64,000 nucleotides of DNA from Candidatus Bathyarchaeia archaeon (GCA_038883715.1 JAVZLS010000005.1:14652-78651), one strand, 5' to 3'. Shown: positions 1-11,800, numbered from the stretch's first letter. Program-made: numbers and translations. The notes: a model not told the origin generated them from the sequence alone.

Positions 1-1
1 C

Positions 2-154
2 ATTGAAAATAGCGCTCACAAACTTTTGGTATTCCTCAGCAATTTTCCCAAATAAGGCGCACAAGAAGTTCCCAGGGAATATGGGTGAGGGAATTAAAAG
101 CGAGGCTGCTAGGAACATTAGGAAGAAGACCACTAAGATTGGTGCGCCCTTCAT
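2..154 (-). CDS. small hypothetical membrane protein (partial, runs off the window start)
   Basis: Translated by hand from ATG at 154: MKGAPILVVFFLMFLAASLLIPSPIFPGNFLCALFGKIAEEYQKFVSAIFN... No stop inside the window, hydrophobic N-terminus, same strand as the neighbouring gene. Confidence 0.6.
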   Translation of the reverse strand, partial: MKGAPILVVFFLMFLAASLLIPSPIFPGNFLCALFGKIAEEYQKFVSAIFN

Positions 155-235
155 TTTCTCAAGTTTTATCTGGCATCTTAACATTTAATAAACATTGCTG
201 TAGAATTGCCGAACACAAATACACTTTTTAAGGTA

Positions 236-1339
236 TCAAGCTCCAAAAAGCCACCTTAGGAAGTTAATCAAGGAATAAAATAGGTCATACAAAGGTGAAG
301 AGAGAATAAAAATCACCACCAAAACTCCAAGAAAAATTTTCCTGCTTCTTGACAAGTCGGAAACATCGTCCAAGGGACCCGGATGCCTAAACATAGATAT
401 AAACAGAACAAAAATAGCCATAGGCCAGCTTACGAAAACAAGAAAAATTATGGAAAGCATGGTCAATATGCTTCTAATCCTTTCGCTGAAAAGCGACCTC
501 GCAACATGTCCACCATCAAGCATGGCAGCCGGCAGCAAGTTAAGCATTGTTACAAAGAAGCCAATCCACCCGGCAAAGGCAACAGGATGCAACATTACCA
601 CTAACATGTAGCCGGGTTTATACCCATTTGTTGGAGCTGGTGGAAGCAAAAACTCAGCAAAAAGCCTAAAGAAAAGTGGTGCTGGAAGGGTTGGAGTGCC
701 CTCTGAAACCCAGTTGTAGGATGAGTATGGTAAACCGATAATTGTAGCAACAATGGCGACGAGGAAGCCAAATAATGGGCCGCTTGCCCCAATGTCAAAG
801 AGGGAATCCTTGTTTAGCGGGAGAGACTTCTGCATAATTACGGCTCCAAAAGTTCCAAGTGGAGGTGGACCCGGGATGAAATAGGGCGGTGTTGCCTCTA
901 CGCCTTCCACATCGGCTGTCAACTTGTGGCCCATTTCATGCATTCCAAGAACAGCCATAACAGCCACAGTAAAGGCTGCTCCGCCGATTAGCGGATCTGT
1001 GAAGCTCGCTGACTGAAGATAACCAGCAGCAAATGTTGTCCCAACTGTTGCAAAAAGAAGAAGCCAGTTAACAAGGAAACTGCTTGGCTTAGAAGGCTGC
1101 CTAGGAAAAATTCTAAGAACAACCCTTCCATCAGACCTCCGCAGAAAAGCCATCAAATTCATTTGCCCCAGCTTTTTGAGCAGTTTTAGAAAGGCTTGTT
1201 TTGTCTCTTGGGGCTGTTTGAGGTAAAAAGTGGGGATGTTATGCTCGATTAGGGCCTCCTCTATCTGGAAGTGCTCACAGACAATTTTTTTTAACCTTTC
1301 GAACTCTGTTTGGTTTGTTTGTTTCTCTGTTTCGTTCAT
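236..1339 (-). CDS. site-2 protease family (M50) membrane metalloprotease
   Basis: HEMGH zinc motif, NLLPAAMLDGGH motif, several TM segments. Start moved to ATG 1339, about 30 nt downstream of a TTTAAG box. Confidence 0.9.
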   Translation of the reverse strand: MNETEKQTNQTEFERLKKIVCEHFQIEEALIEHNIPTFYLKQPQETKQAFLKLLKKLGQMNLMAFLRRSDGRVVLRIFPRQPSKPSSFLVNWLLLFATVGTTFAAGYLQSASFTDPLIGGAAFTVAVMAVLGMHEMGHKLTADVEGVEATPPYFIPGPPPLGTFGAVIMQKSLPLNKDSLFDIGASGPLFGFLVAIVATIIGLPYSSYNWVSEGTPTLPAPLFFRLFAEFLLPPAPTNGYKPGYMLVVMLHPVAFAGWIGFFVTMLNLLPAAMLDGGHVARSLFSERIRSILTMLSIIFLVFVSWPMAIFVLFISMFRHPGPLDDVSDLSRSRKIFLGVLVVIFILSSPLYDLFYSLINFLRWLFGA

Positions 1340-1515
1340 TTTTAGCCCTTGTAAGTTTTGAGTCACTTAAAGGGTTATGTGTTAAAAAAGCTTATTGGAT
1401 TTTAATCTGGTTTTTATTCAGATTCTGAACCGCTAAAAACTCTTTAATAACTGCCAAGGGCAAACGTCCACAGAAGCCACGACAGAAGACATCGTCGATA
1501 AAAGGAGACAAGAAG

Positions 1516-2286
1516 GTGGAAGAAAACCGGACGAACGAAAGTGATGATTCTTCCGTCACAATTCTCCTACCAACATACTGCGAAGCCGAAAACATTGAAA
1601 ACCTAATACACACTATTGAAAATTTAGGGATAAACTCAAGGATAATAGTCATAGACGACTCAAGCCCCGACGGTACAGGGGATATTGTCAAAAAACTGCA
1701 GAGAAAATATGAAAATATAATGTTGTTAACTCGTCCTTTTAAGGCTGGGCTTGGAACAGCAATAACCCACGGTTTTCACTTTATATTGGCCCAGAGCGCT
1801 CCCTCAAAATACATAGTCACAATGGATGCTGACTATTCTCACGATCCAATGGAGATACCGAAGCTTCTGCAAGAAGCGAGGAAGGGCTACGACATCGTTG
1901 TTGGAAGCAGATACTGTAACGGCGGAGTTGTTAAAGGATGGCCCATGACAAGGCTGGCGATCAGCAAGATAGCCAACAAAATAACTGCAAAACTTGTAGC
2001 CCTACCAATAACAGACTTCACAAGCGGTTTCAGATGCTATTCTAGGGAATACATTAGGAAAATTCTCCCAAATCTTCACAGTCAAACCTATGAAATTCAA
2101 ATTGAAACTCTCAGGCAGGCGAGCATTAATAGGGCTAGGGTGGTTGAAGTTCCAATAACATTTACTAACAGGAAGAAGGGCAAGTCAAAACTCACTAAAA
2201 ATGAGATATTAAGCTTCCTCCTATACGTTATGAAAACAGCGTTTCGCAGCCTCAAAACTGTAAGTTTCGGCAAACATCATGCCTAA
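1516..2286 (+). CDS. polyprenol/dolichol-phosphate sugar synthase (GT2, DPM1-like)
   Basis: LPTYCE, IDDSSPDGT, GLGTA, MDADYSHDP, GSRY and DFTSGFRCY motifs. Confidence 0.88.
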   Translation: MEENRTNESDDSSVTILLPTYCEAENIENLIHTIENLGINSRIIVIDDSSPDGTGDIVKKLQRKYENIMLLTRPFKAGLGTAITHGFHFILAQSAPSKYIVTMDADYSHDPMEIPKLLQEARKGYDIVVGSRYCNGGVVKGWPMTRLAISKIANKITAKLVALPITDFTSGFRCYSREYIRKILPNLHSQTYEIQIETLRQASINRARVVEVPITFTNRKKGKSKLTKNEILSFLLYVMKTAFRSLKTVSFGKHHA

Positions 2287-3227
2287 ATTGTCGGGATTTT
2301 TGTACCGCGTATTTGTTTCCAAACCAAATATGACTCCACTTTTCTCAAGTTGATTAATGCCAAAATATTGGATACTGCCTCCAAGAATATTCCGACAAGT
2401 ATCTTTACATAATCATTAATCCTTTGGAGTTTAAGTTCTTCCACCAAGATTTTTGTTGAGTAGCGAGGCTTTTTAAAGGCCATGGCACCTATTGTTGTGG
2501 GCACAACGCCGGCTGTTTTTTCAATCTGTTTATGTCCAATTAACACGCGTTCTCTTTGACTTATGTATTCCAGCGGTGTACATGGACTCCTTATAAAGAC
2601 TTCTGCTTCTGGAACAAAGACAACTTTCCATCCTTTCTTCCTGAGAGTGATTCCTATAAAAGCGTCGTCGTTAATTATATTGGGTGGAATTTTTGCTATT
2701 ATTCCATTCCTTAATGCCCACATGTCCCCTCCCAAGTGGCTTAAGTTTCCGTTCAACATCTCCTTTAAAAGCATTCTATTATGCACTCGCCACAAAAAGT
2801 TGTAGAAAACACTTAACACCGTTTTTCTTCCGTAGTAAGGGATTGTTTTAGCACAAGCACCGCCCACATCGTCCTTCATAGCTTCCAACAGTTTTGCAAT
2901 CGAACCGTTTTTTGGCTCTGTGTCTGCCGAAACTACAACAAGAATTTCACCCTTCGCTTTCTCAAAGAAAAGATTTAGCGCTTGCGCTTTTCCTCTCCTC
3001 TCCTTTTCACATATAAGCTTTATTCTAGCGTCTTCTTTCGCCATTTTTTGAACTATTTTGTCAGTTCTGTCAGTTGACCCTGACGAAACCACTATAATTT
3101 CGCTTATCCTGAAGGGTTTTGGAACGAATTGCCTACGCAAATTGTTTAGCAAGTTGCCTATGTTATTTTCTTCATTGTAGGCGCAAATACCAAAACTAAC
3201 ATCCAAGAGGGATACCAGCTTCAACAT
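2283..3227 (-). CDS. glycosyltransferase family 2
   Basis: AYNEE, SSGSTDRT, GKAQALN, SAD (DxD-like), NDDAFI and QRERV (QxxRW-like) motifs. Confidence 0.85.
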   Translation of the reverse strand: MLKLVSLLDVSFGICAYNEENNIGNLLNNLRRQFVPKPFRISEIIVVSSGSTDRTDKIVQKMAKEDARIKLICEKERRGKAQALNLFFEKAKGEILVVVSADTEPKNGSIAKLLEAMKDDVGGACAKTIPYYGRKTVLSVFYNFLWRVHNRMLLKEMLNGNLSHLGGDMWALRNGIIAKIPPNIINDDAFIGITLRKKGWKVVFVPEAEVFIRSPCTPLEYISQRERVLIGHKQIEKTAGVVPTTIGAMAFKKPRYSTKILVEELKLQRINDYVKILVGIFLEAVSNILALINLRKVESYLVWKQIRGTKIPTI

Positions 3228-3298
3228 TGCGCGCTTGATTTGGAAAATTTATAAGAATTATGTTGAAAACCGAACACCCGTTTCTCTTTCGGACGCTT

Positions 3299-4837
3299 TT
3301 AAAAGTAGAGAGCAAGATACTTACTTTCCTTCTCTTTTCTTGATTTCGCCGTTTTCAATGAAAATACAACAAGCATCGGAACTAAGATAATGCTAATTAC
3401 TGGCATGAGATAAGTGTCCACCTCACTAACAACCGTCAAAACTAATCCTTCACCTTTAAAAAGTGTGACTTCATAAGCCAAAGGCTCAAAGACACATGTT
3501 TTTGGCATTACTTCTCTGCCGTTCAAGAATATTTTCGTGAACTTATTCGATAAGTTCAAATAGATTCTTTCTTCGACTTCCATGTGAAATGTGGGAAGGC
3601 TCCATTCACACCGTTCAAATCTTGAAATTTTTGTTAACAACAGCTGGAAATTTCTCCTTTCTCTACACGGTTTTAGTGTAAATGTTACATAAAGCCTTGA
3701 AACATCAGTACCCTCAAACTTTATTCTAGAATCTTCCAATCTTATTGTTGGCTTTACATTTTCAACTAACTCCCCATTAACTTGTAGGGGCTGATCAGAT
3801 ATTTTCACAAGTAGGAAGTTGGCGGTTACAATATTGTCTGCTTCTGCTCCAACACCGTATTCAATGCTGTTCAAAAACTGCGGATGACAAGAAAAGCTTG
3901 TGTAGAAGACATCTTTTAGGTTGAACTGGAAGAATGTCCATTCAACGGCGCTTCCGAGAAGGTACATTTTCATTTTGCCGTCGGCACTGCAAAACATTGA
4001 ATTTATTGGTTTGTCGTGAAATTTCCAAACAATAGAAAATTCTCCGCCACTGTCGGATGAAAAATCCAGTTTTATGTAGGTCCAAGCAGTGTTATCGGAT
4101 GATTGTTCCAGTTTTAGCATGAGCATAAGCGTTGTGCTCTCATTCACTTTTAGGGGCTTCTCCAACGTGATTTTATTTGCAAACCATCCGTCCACACCGT
4201 CTGTTCCGTTTCCAAAAAATCTCATCTCAATTGTCTTCTGTCCAGTTGTAGAGTTTTTCAAGGAAAAGTGGCTTAATCCGCCGTTTTTTACGCCAAACAT
4301 GGATATTTCGCCTATTTGGTAAAAGGAGAAGGGGGAAGTAAACATCGATTTAGAAAGGTCTAACGTAACTATGGCTCCTTGCTCCGTGTCGTTGATTACA
4401 AAGTATATGAGGGCTCCATCATTGGCAATGCTGTATGGTGTATAATACTTTGAAACTTCCAGTTGTGGACTTGCTGGTGGAAGCGAAGCGATTTGGACGA
4501 ACTGTAAAATCGCCGTTGCAGAGGAAATTGCCCATGCCAAAAGTAGCGTGATGCTTAAAACGTCTACTTTTGAAAGGGTACTCATCTTCAACGAAATTTG
4601 GAAGATGTCCCTTGCCAGTCGGTAAATCAGCCAAGCAATTGTAAGGGCTACGAATGCATCCCACACCATACGGGAAAATGCGGATAAATAGCCAAACCCC
4701 AAAATCTCAAAGAATCTTAGTAGCTCAATTTTTGCCAGTAGTCCCGCAACGATTTCAACAACTTTTACCAGCAGTATCCAAACAATAACAACGTAGTGCA
4801 CCCTCTTATCCTTTAGAATGTTAAGTAGTTTTCCCAT
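3299..4837 (-). CDS. hypothetical membrane protein with a large extracytoplasmic domain
   Basis: 512-aa ORF with about three N-terminal TM segments, a beta-rich middle with N-x-S/T sequons, and a C-terminal TM. Overlaps the upstream GT-C gene. Confidence 0.7.
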   Translation of the reverse strand: MGKLLNILKDKRVHYVVIVWILLVKVVEIVAGLLAKIELLRFFEILGFGYLSAFSRMVWDAFVALTIAWLIYRLARDIFQISLKMSTLSKVDVLSITLLLAWAISSATAILQFVQIASLPPASPQLEVSKYYTPYSIANDGALIYFVINDTEQGAIVTLDLSKSMFTSPFSFYQIGEISMFGVKNGGLSHFSLKNSTTGQKTIEMRFFGNGTDGVDGWFANKITLEKPLKVNESTTLMLMLKLEQSSDNTAWTYIKLDFSSDSGGEFSIVWKFHDKPINSMFCSADGKMKMYLLGSAVEWTFFQFNLKDVFYTSFSCHPQFLNSIEYGVGAEADNIVTANFLLVKISDQPLQVNGELVENVKPTIRLEDSRIKFEGTDVSRLYVTFTLKPCRERRNFQLLLTKISRFERCEWSLPTFHMEVEERIYLNLSNKFTKIFLNGREVMPKTCVFEPLAYEVTLFKGEGLVLTVVSEVDTYLMPVISIILVPMLVVFSLKTAKSRKEKESKYLALYF

Positions 4838-6161
4838 GATTTCGCATCATCCCATAAAGAATTTTCACCAAAAATAGGTCGAATATTACTGCCAAAATGA
4901 AGCGTGCAGAGTTTCTAACAATTGAGTAGGGTTTTGTGAATGCCCAGTAGCTGAAGGTATACCATAAGTCCGGATTTATTAAATAGGCGAATGCAAATGG
5001 ATACAAATTGATAAAGATGAAGATTAAAGTTAAAACCCAAACATGCCACCAACCCGCCATTTTCCTAGGCTGCGAGTTTCCCGCTTGGACAACTATTAAA
5101 GGTGCTAGATAAAGGGTAAATTGTTCCGGAATAAAGGTTCTTGTCAATAAGAAGCTAATTTTTGTAAAGAGGTATCCATTCAAAAGCAGGCTTAAATCAT
5201 GAAACCCGGAAGAAGATTTTTGAAGCTTGTGGTACATAAGGTAACCCACCATAAGTCCTAAGACCCAAAAATACCTCACCAGCGGGAAGGAGAAAACCTC
5301 GTGTAGCGTCTCGTTTGAAAAATTCTTAGGAAACAATTCGTTTAGAAGTGCACTTAAGTTCCAATAGGTTAAAACCTCGCCAGTTCTTTGTGTTTGACTA
5401 AAGATTGTTATGGCGGCTTTTGAGGTTTCCCAGCCAAAAATGATCAGCGGAACAATTGTCAAAACAAAAGGGACAGCCAACGCGATTAAAAAGTGGGTTA
5501 AAGAAGCTTTAACGCCTTTCTTACTGTTTAGGTAAAGCATGTGGATTGGAAGATAAATTATTGGAATAACTTTCATGTAGATTCCCATTCCAAGGCAAAA
5601 TCCACCCCAAAGTGGCTTGTTTGACAAGAGTAGCATTGCTGACATTAACGTAAAAGCTAGAGGTATGGAATCAAACATGCCCCAAACCGAGCTTATAAGT
5701 ATAACGAAGGGACAGAGAAAGAAGGCTAATGAGGCAGCCTTCGCCTTTTTGACGTCGCCAAAAATGGTGAGGGTTAACGAGTAAATTAGGTGTGCTGAAG
5801 CCAAATCCCCAAGGATTGGAGCCAGTTTTAACATGAAATAGTAGAGGAATGGAGATCGGGGAAGAATGCTATAAATCTTGTACACGAGGGCTGTGTATAG
5901 TCCCCACGCTGGTAGATATCCGAGACCTGTCACCTGCGGAAATATTGGCTGCCCCAAACCTTCGTTATAGTAGCTTTCCGCTGGGAAAGTGCCGAAAAGA
6001 CTTGAGCCTTTAGCCACGTAATATCCCACACGAATAAAAACCTCAAAATCCCAGGGATGCCCAGTCCAAAAGCAGAGGGCTAACCTAACGATTATTCCTA
6101 GGGTGATGAGCATCCAAAACTTTTTAAGATGTCTGCGCAACCTTTGCAACTTTTCCTTCAT
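4821..6161 (-). CDS. GT-C fold membrane glycosyltransferase (GT87/DUF2029/PIG-M-like)
   Basis: Polytopic protein with GHPWD after TM1, YLP, ISSVWGMFDS, KVIP and EQF motifs. Confidence 0.75.
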   Translation of the reverse strand: MKEKLQRLRRHLKKFWMLITLGIIVRLALCFWTGHPWDFEVFIRVGYYVAKGSSLFGTFPAESYYNEGLGQPIFPQVTGLGYLPAWGLYTALVYKIYSILPRSPFLYYFMLKLAPILGDLASAHLIYSLTLTIFGDVKKAKAASLAFFLCPFVILISSVWGMFDSIPLAFTLMSAMLLLSNKPLWGGFCLGMGIYMKVIPIIYLPIHMLYLNSKKGVKASLTHFLIALAVPFVLTIVPLIIFGWETSKAAITIFSQTQRTGEVLTYWNLSALLNELFPKNFSNETLHEVFSFPLVRYFWVLGLMVGYLMYHKLQKSSSGFHDLSLLLNGYLFTKISFLLTRTFIPEQFTLYLAPLIVVQAGNSQPRKMAGWWHVWVLTLIFIFINLYPFAFAYLINPDLWYTFSYWAFTKPYSIVRNSARFILAVIFDLFLVKILYGMMRNHGKTT

Positions 6162-7521
6162 CCCTTTTAAGGGTGAAAATTATGCCCAGCAAATACACAA
6201 TTGCGATTGTTAGTCCGAAGAGGATAAGCCATGGCAAGTATCCTGGATAACCTGGAACAAAGTATGGAGAGATGAAGTAGGAAAGATCTCCGTAGTGGGT
6301 GTAAATGAAAAGCATCGTGGTTAGGCTTATCGTCCAATAGATAAACACAATTCTAGAGTCGCCTTTTATGGTTGCTAGAACTAGGAGGAAGGGTAGAATC
6401 CATATCAGATATTGTTCGTTGACGACTGTGTATGTTAGGTATATTGCAAAATGGGCCACTGTAATGTAGGAGAAAAAATCCACAGAATCCATGTTTTTCT
6501 TTCGGCTTATTCCATAAAGTAGAAGGGTTACCGCTATGCCGATTAATATTGGCGAGATGGGAATATTTGTTTTGATATTAAAGTGCTTGAACAAGCCTTC
6601 CATCATGTTGAAGGGTGTTAGTCCGAAAAAAATATTGGAGCCATACCAGTCTGGTGATGCCCTCCCCTTTAAGAGCAGCCAAACCATCGTGGTGGAGGTG
6701 CTAAAGGGCTCTTGGCCGAAAATTAGGGCGAAGCAAAAGTAAGCTAGAAACATGATTAAAATTGTTAAGCCAACTGTCACCACAAGATATTTTATCGCCG
6801 CAACCGGTTTCCGATATTTCTTGTAATGCATTAGAGCGAGTATTGGCGCGAATATTATCGGATACATTTTTAGTAGTGCGGCTATGGATAGAGATATGGC
6901 TGATTTGTTAGGCTTTTCTTCTAAAAGGAACCATGTGGCTAGTAATGTGAAGAGAGTTGGTAGTGTGTCAAACATTCCCCAAACAGCTGAAACAAATATT
7001 ACATAGGGATTTAGAATCCACATGTAGGCGTACTTGCGGGCTTTCTCTTCCCCGGAAAATCTCCCAATTATCTTGAGCAGCAGTAGGGCTATGACTAAGT
7101 CTGACATGATTAGAGGCGTTTTAATCAGCATATCTAGTAGTGGCAAGTTTTCTGGTTTGAAGGAGTGGTAGGCTTCACATGGATTCTTTAAAGTGTACAT
7201 GTCCCGCCAAAGTTCATCGACGTTCGATGGGAAAGTTGGATGAGAAACTGCGGCATAAATTGGATAAATTGTGAGTAGGCAAAGCAGCCAGAGGGGCGGA
7301 TAGCTCCAGAAGAAAACTGTGGCGTTTTTGTCTATCCACTCCGGCGGGCTTAGCGGATTAACACCGTACTGATAGGCTAATGCTTGACTCACTCTCCATA
7401 TATACATGTCGTATCGGTGTTCTGTTAAGGGGGCTAAAGCGAAACGAATTAAAACTGCAATGGTTAGTATGATGGCTGTTTTTGATTTTAGGAATCTTTT
7501 AACCAAACTTTTAAGGTTCAA
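6124..7521 (-). CDS. GT-C fold membrane glycosyltransferase (GT87/DUF2029-like), paralog of the downstream gene
   Basis: EHRYD, SYPP, LNPYVIFVSAVWGMFDT, KMYP and NEQYLIW motifs; polytopic. Confidence 0.78.
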   Translation of the reverse strand: MNLKSLVKRFLKSKTAIILTIAVLIRFALAPLTEHRYDMYIWRVSQALAYQYGVNPLSPPEWIDKNATVFFWSYPPLWLLCLLTIYPIYAAVSHPTFPSNVDELWRDMYTLKNPCEAYHSFKPENLPLLDMLIKTPLIMSDLVIALLLLKIIGRFSGEEKARKYAYMWILNPYVIFVSAVWGMFDTLPTLFTLLATWFLLEEKPNKSAISLSIAALLKMYPIIFAPILALMHYKKYRKPVAAIKYLVVTVGLTILIMFLAYFCFALIFGQEPFSTSTTMVWLLLKGRASPDWYGSNIFFGLTPFNMMEGLFKHFNIKTNIPISPILIGIAVTLLLYGISRKKNMDSVDFFSYITVAHFAIYLTYTVVNEQYLIWILPFLLVLATIKGDSRIVFIYWTISLTTMLFIYTHYGDLSYFISPYFVPGYPGYLPWLILFGLTIAIVYLLGIIFTLKRDEGKVAKVAQTS

Positions 7522-7594
7522 AGTTTATGCACTTGTTCGGTTTTTGAGATTCAATTTTTATTTGCCAAGAGCTACCCCTTTATATGATTAATGT

Positions 7595-8764
7595 ATGAAA
7601 TTGAATATTGCCTACCTACTGCTTCATGACCAAAAATTTAGCGGCTGGAGCCTAGAAGACTTTGTTTTTCAGCGCTACCATTTCGCTAAAGATTATGCCG
7701 AAAGAGTGGGCAAAAAGGGCAACAGCGTCGTTCTTTTTACCTTTCATCAAGATTTGGGAAGGGTTAAAGAGTTTTGTTTGGACGGTTATGTGCTTAAGGT
7801 TTTTCCGGTTAAGTTTAGGTTTCCACCACTGGTTCCAATAGGCAATTCTCACAACTTTGAAGTTATAAAGGAGCTTGTGGAGGGCGATTTTGACATTGTT
7901 CATTTTCACAACTACTATCTTTGGTCTTTTGCACTCATGTTTTTTGCAAAGCGCCGTCACCGCGGATGGAGGCTTGTAGCCCAGTATCATGGGGAGCCTG
8001 AGCTTCAAATCCTTGGAAAATTTGTTCACAGACCCTTTTTTGATGTTGTTGACAAGTTTCTCGTGGCGTTAGATGAGGAGATTTACTGGTTGAAGAGGCT
8101 GCGCATCGACGATGGTAAAATTTTAAAGTTTCCAAATGTTGGGGTTGATACCTCTCGGTTCCGTAGGGTCGGCGAGAAGGAAAGGGTTCCGCACTTTATT
8201 TATGCTGGAAGAATGACTCTTAGGCCTAGAACTTTGAAGGAGCAGAGTCCATGGCTTATCTTGGAAATTGTTCAGCGGTTTAAGAAAAAGTTTGGGGGTG
8301 ACTTTAAAGTTCTGATGGTTGGAGATGGACCAGGGCTTAATGCGCTGAAAAGTTTTTCTAAAAGTTTGGGTTTAGAAGGAAATGTTGAGTTTCTCGGTTT
8401 TGTTCCTCACTGTTTGTTGCCAGCTCTTTATTCAAAATGCATCTCGGCATTCTCTCCCACATCTATGTTAGATTTAAACCCTTTTTGGGGTGGCGCCTTA
8501 AAAGAGGCTTTGGCATGCGAAACAGCTGTTGCAGGGTTTAACGCTTATATTAAGAGTTATTGGGAGGCGAGGAGGCGTTTCGGCTTGCTTCTGCCAACAG
8601 ACGTAGATAAGGCGGCGGAATTTTTATGTTTGGCTGTGAGGGATTGGGATTTTTTAGTTGAAGCTGGTTTGCGTGGTAGAAGATTTATAGAAATGTTTTG
8701 TTCTTGGGAAAAAGTTATTGAAAGGCTCCTAAAAGTTTATAGAGAATTGTTGTTGGAGGCTTAA
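7595..8764 (+). CDS. glycosyltransferase family 4 (GT-B)
   Basis: DIVHFH, GVDTSRF, YAGR, VGDGP, FLGFVP and EALAC motifs. Confidence 0.85.
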   Translation: MKLNIAYLLLHDQKFSGWSLEDFVFQRYHFAKDYAERVGKKGNSVVLFTFHQDLGRVKEFCLDGYVLKVFPVKFRFPPLVPIGNSHNFEVIKELVEGDFDIVHFHNYYLWSFALMFFAKRRHRGWRLVAQYHGEPELQILGKFVHRPFFDVVDKFLVALDEEIYWLKRLRIDDGKILKFPNVGVDTSRFRRVGEKERVPHFIYAGRMTLRPRTLKEQSPWLILEIVQRFKKKFGGDFKVLMVGDGPGLNALKSFSKSLGLEGNVEFLGFVPHCLLPALYSKCISAFSPTSMLDLNPFWGGALKEALACETAVAGFNAYIKSYWEARRRFGLLLPTDVDKAAEFLCLAVRDWDFLVEAGLRGRRFIEMFCSWEKVIERLLKVYRELLLEA

Positions 8765-8845
8765 AACGGAACTTCAAAACTTGTTTTGCCAATGTTTACG
8801 AGATTTTCGGAGAAAATAGGGGTAAAGAAAAGGGGGATATGTACG

Positions 8846-11800
8846 TTATGGGTCTGAGTGGATTCCGCCTTTAACCAGTTCCACTGTTGTTTCGCTTATT
8901 GTCCCAAGAACCTCTGGTATTGTCCATGTTGGGTGTTCTGGATCCGTGTAGTCTATCTCTACTATTATTGATGTTGCGCACAGTGGGAACCTTTGCAGTT
9001 CATAGATAATCTCTTCGTGGAAGAACTTTGAAGCGTAGAAGGTGTCTCTTGCGCTGATTCCCCAGACTAGGAAGCCAACTGTTCCGTTTATATCCTTGTA
9101 TGTGGAGATGACCGCGTAGCCGACGGTTGCGTTGCTGCTGTATGTATCTTTGCTCCAGCATGATAGTGCAATTATTTTGTTAACCCATGGCGCATATGGT
9201 GTGAAGGGCGCTTCAGCAGTGTTGAGGCCGTAGAAGGCGTCTGTGAAATCGTTAAAGTATTCCGCTATGTGGTTTGCCAGTGGACCTCCAACCCCAATTA
9301 TGTTAGAGCTGGCTATTGGCCATGTGTGGCACCAGTCGTCTCTTAAGGCTATTCTGTAGATGCTGTCCTTGTAGTTGGGCGGCCATCCTGTTCCTGTTCC
9401 GCTAAACTTGTGTAGGAGGTATGGTATGCTTGTTAGGGCGTATTCCTGGAACATCATGTCGAAGCCTGCATTTCCAATTTCAATTTGTTTATTCTTGAAG
9501 GCTGCTGAAACCAGTGATGCGCCTATGGAGTCTGCTGAGTGGGCGTCTCTTCCGACGGTTACCCATTCGTAGCGTCCTCCGACATATTCTATGTATAGCG
9601 GCAGTTGGTCTTCTCCCACCATACCGGGATCTTCAACAGTTACTGTTATGGTTGCGTTACAGTGGGTTCCGTTTGTTGTGGCTGTTACAGTTATGTGCAC
9701 TGTTGGCTTGAAGAAGAACACGTGGAGATCCTTCAGCGGAGGTGCTGTGATATCGTAAACTATGGCGTCGAGGGTTGCATTTATCCATAAGCCTGTTGGT
9801 GCTGTTCGGTTTGCAAATTCATGCTGGTAGTTTAATCCTACAAGGTAAGCGGTTTGATTTTTAAACACTTTAAAGTTCACATATGGACCCGTTAGTATTT
9901 CCACGTCAAGCATTCCACTTTCAGCCTCCTCGGTTTCGTTTGCCACCTTTACTGTCAAGTCTTTAATGAGGAAGCTCCATTGAGCGCCTAAACCGTCTGG
10001 TCCGATAACCTCGCTTATGTCCTCTTCATCCAACAATGTTATTGGGTCTGCTCCTAGAGGTTCGTTTGTGAAAGTTCCTCTGTACAAAACAACTTGTGCT
10101 GGACCAAACCACCAAGTCTGGGTGGAATAGAGTATTTTGATTTCCGTTCCCGCTGGCGGAACTTTGCTGGCTGGTATGTGTATTACGCCTGTTCCATCCT
10201 CGTCCACGTATAGTTCGTAGTGGTATGTTGTGGCTACTGCACGCAGTGGAATCTTGAGGGCTCCTCCCCACAGGACCCTTTCACTGAAGCTACAGTATTC
10301 TTCCCATGGCGTCGCCTTTAACACCGGCTTATGCTCCAATGTTATGTTTAAATCTTTACCTATATCCCCAGTTTTTACTGTGTAGAATTGGACCCAGCGT
10401 TCAGTATACTTTTCAACAGCATCCACTAGACTCCACGGATTAAAAACTTCGTCTAGCTGGTATTTTACTTCAATGTCAAGTGCCGCCGTTGGATGGCCTG
10501 TCATTTGTGGGTCTTTTGCGTCGTGATAGTCTGTTAAGCCTACCACTTCGACCCCTCTGAACTGAGCTGGGTAACCTTTTCCTAGCATGAAGTCCCATTC
10601 GCCAACAACGAAGGGTATGTCTGGCTCGCTTGTTGCAGGCACCATGTCCGCATCATTAACCCATATTAGCGGTTGAAGCGATTTGTCCCATGCATCAACG
10701 CTGTAGTCAGAAAGCGTAGGCCAGAAAGCCTTCCAACCAACATATTTTAGGTCACTGCTAATTATTTGGGCAACATCGTAATAGTGGGGAACACCTGTTA
10801 AACTGGCTCCCTCCTCATATTTCCATAACTTGTACACAACTGTAACCCAGTCTGTTGCGCCTATTGGTATGTGCCAAGTGATATTGCCATTATTATAGTT
10901 TATATCATAGTGAGTTCCTTCCTCTTTAAAGACACCGTTTACATAAACTCTCACTGAACCAGCAACAATAGGCGGACCGTATCCATCCTTCCACTCTGGT
11001 ACATCCCTCAAGTTATAGCCTTCTTCTATCCATTCTCGCATTATGCCGGGTGCAAGATGCCATTCAGGGCCATAGCATGTTGTAAGCTCTTGGTGGAAGA
11101 AGTGGGCGTAGCTTCCATAATTTGGCGGCGGACCAAGGTCCCACTCCTCCCTGTTGCTAAACTGTATGTCAAGTGGAGATTCAAGCTCTTTTCCAGTAAT
11201 CACTTGTTTAATATCCTTGAAGATTATAACCTGCTTCTTAACCTTCTCAAAAATGAAGGTTAATATAACATCAACAATCGGCCATGTTTCATCTGGGTGA
11301 TCGACAACTCCGTCCTGGTCGCTGTCAAACCAGTCGTAGATATGGGTCACTGAAAGGGCTACATAACGCCTAGGTCCATTATACAGCACCGTTAACGGCT
11401 CTGTGTAGGCATAACCCGTTGTCTTCCTCCCGCCGTGAGGCGCCAAATGGAACGGGTATGGATGACCAACCAGCCAGTCTCCTCCGTAGGCGGCCATGTC
11501 AGCGAACATTGCCATTGCAAGAACCCGCCGGTCTCTATAAGTTCTGTGGGTGTATCTTATTTCAATGAGCCAACCATTCAGCCAGAGCTTAGGGTCAATG
11601 TACTCGTTGGCAAAGGGGTCCCTAGACGTCCCAGCCTTCTGATCGTATGTTCCAACACTGTCATAGCCTGGATATTGTAGGCCGACGCCCACACCTGTTG
11701 TAACCGGGTAATTTATCATCTCGCCGAACTTTGAAAGTCCAAAGTCTATGCTTTTTGTTGTAAACGGATAAAGCGAATAATAGTCGCTTGTTAAAACACC

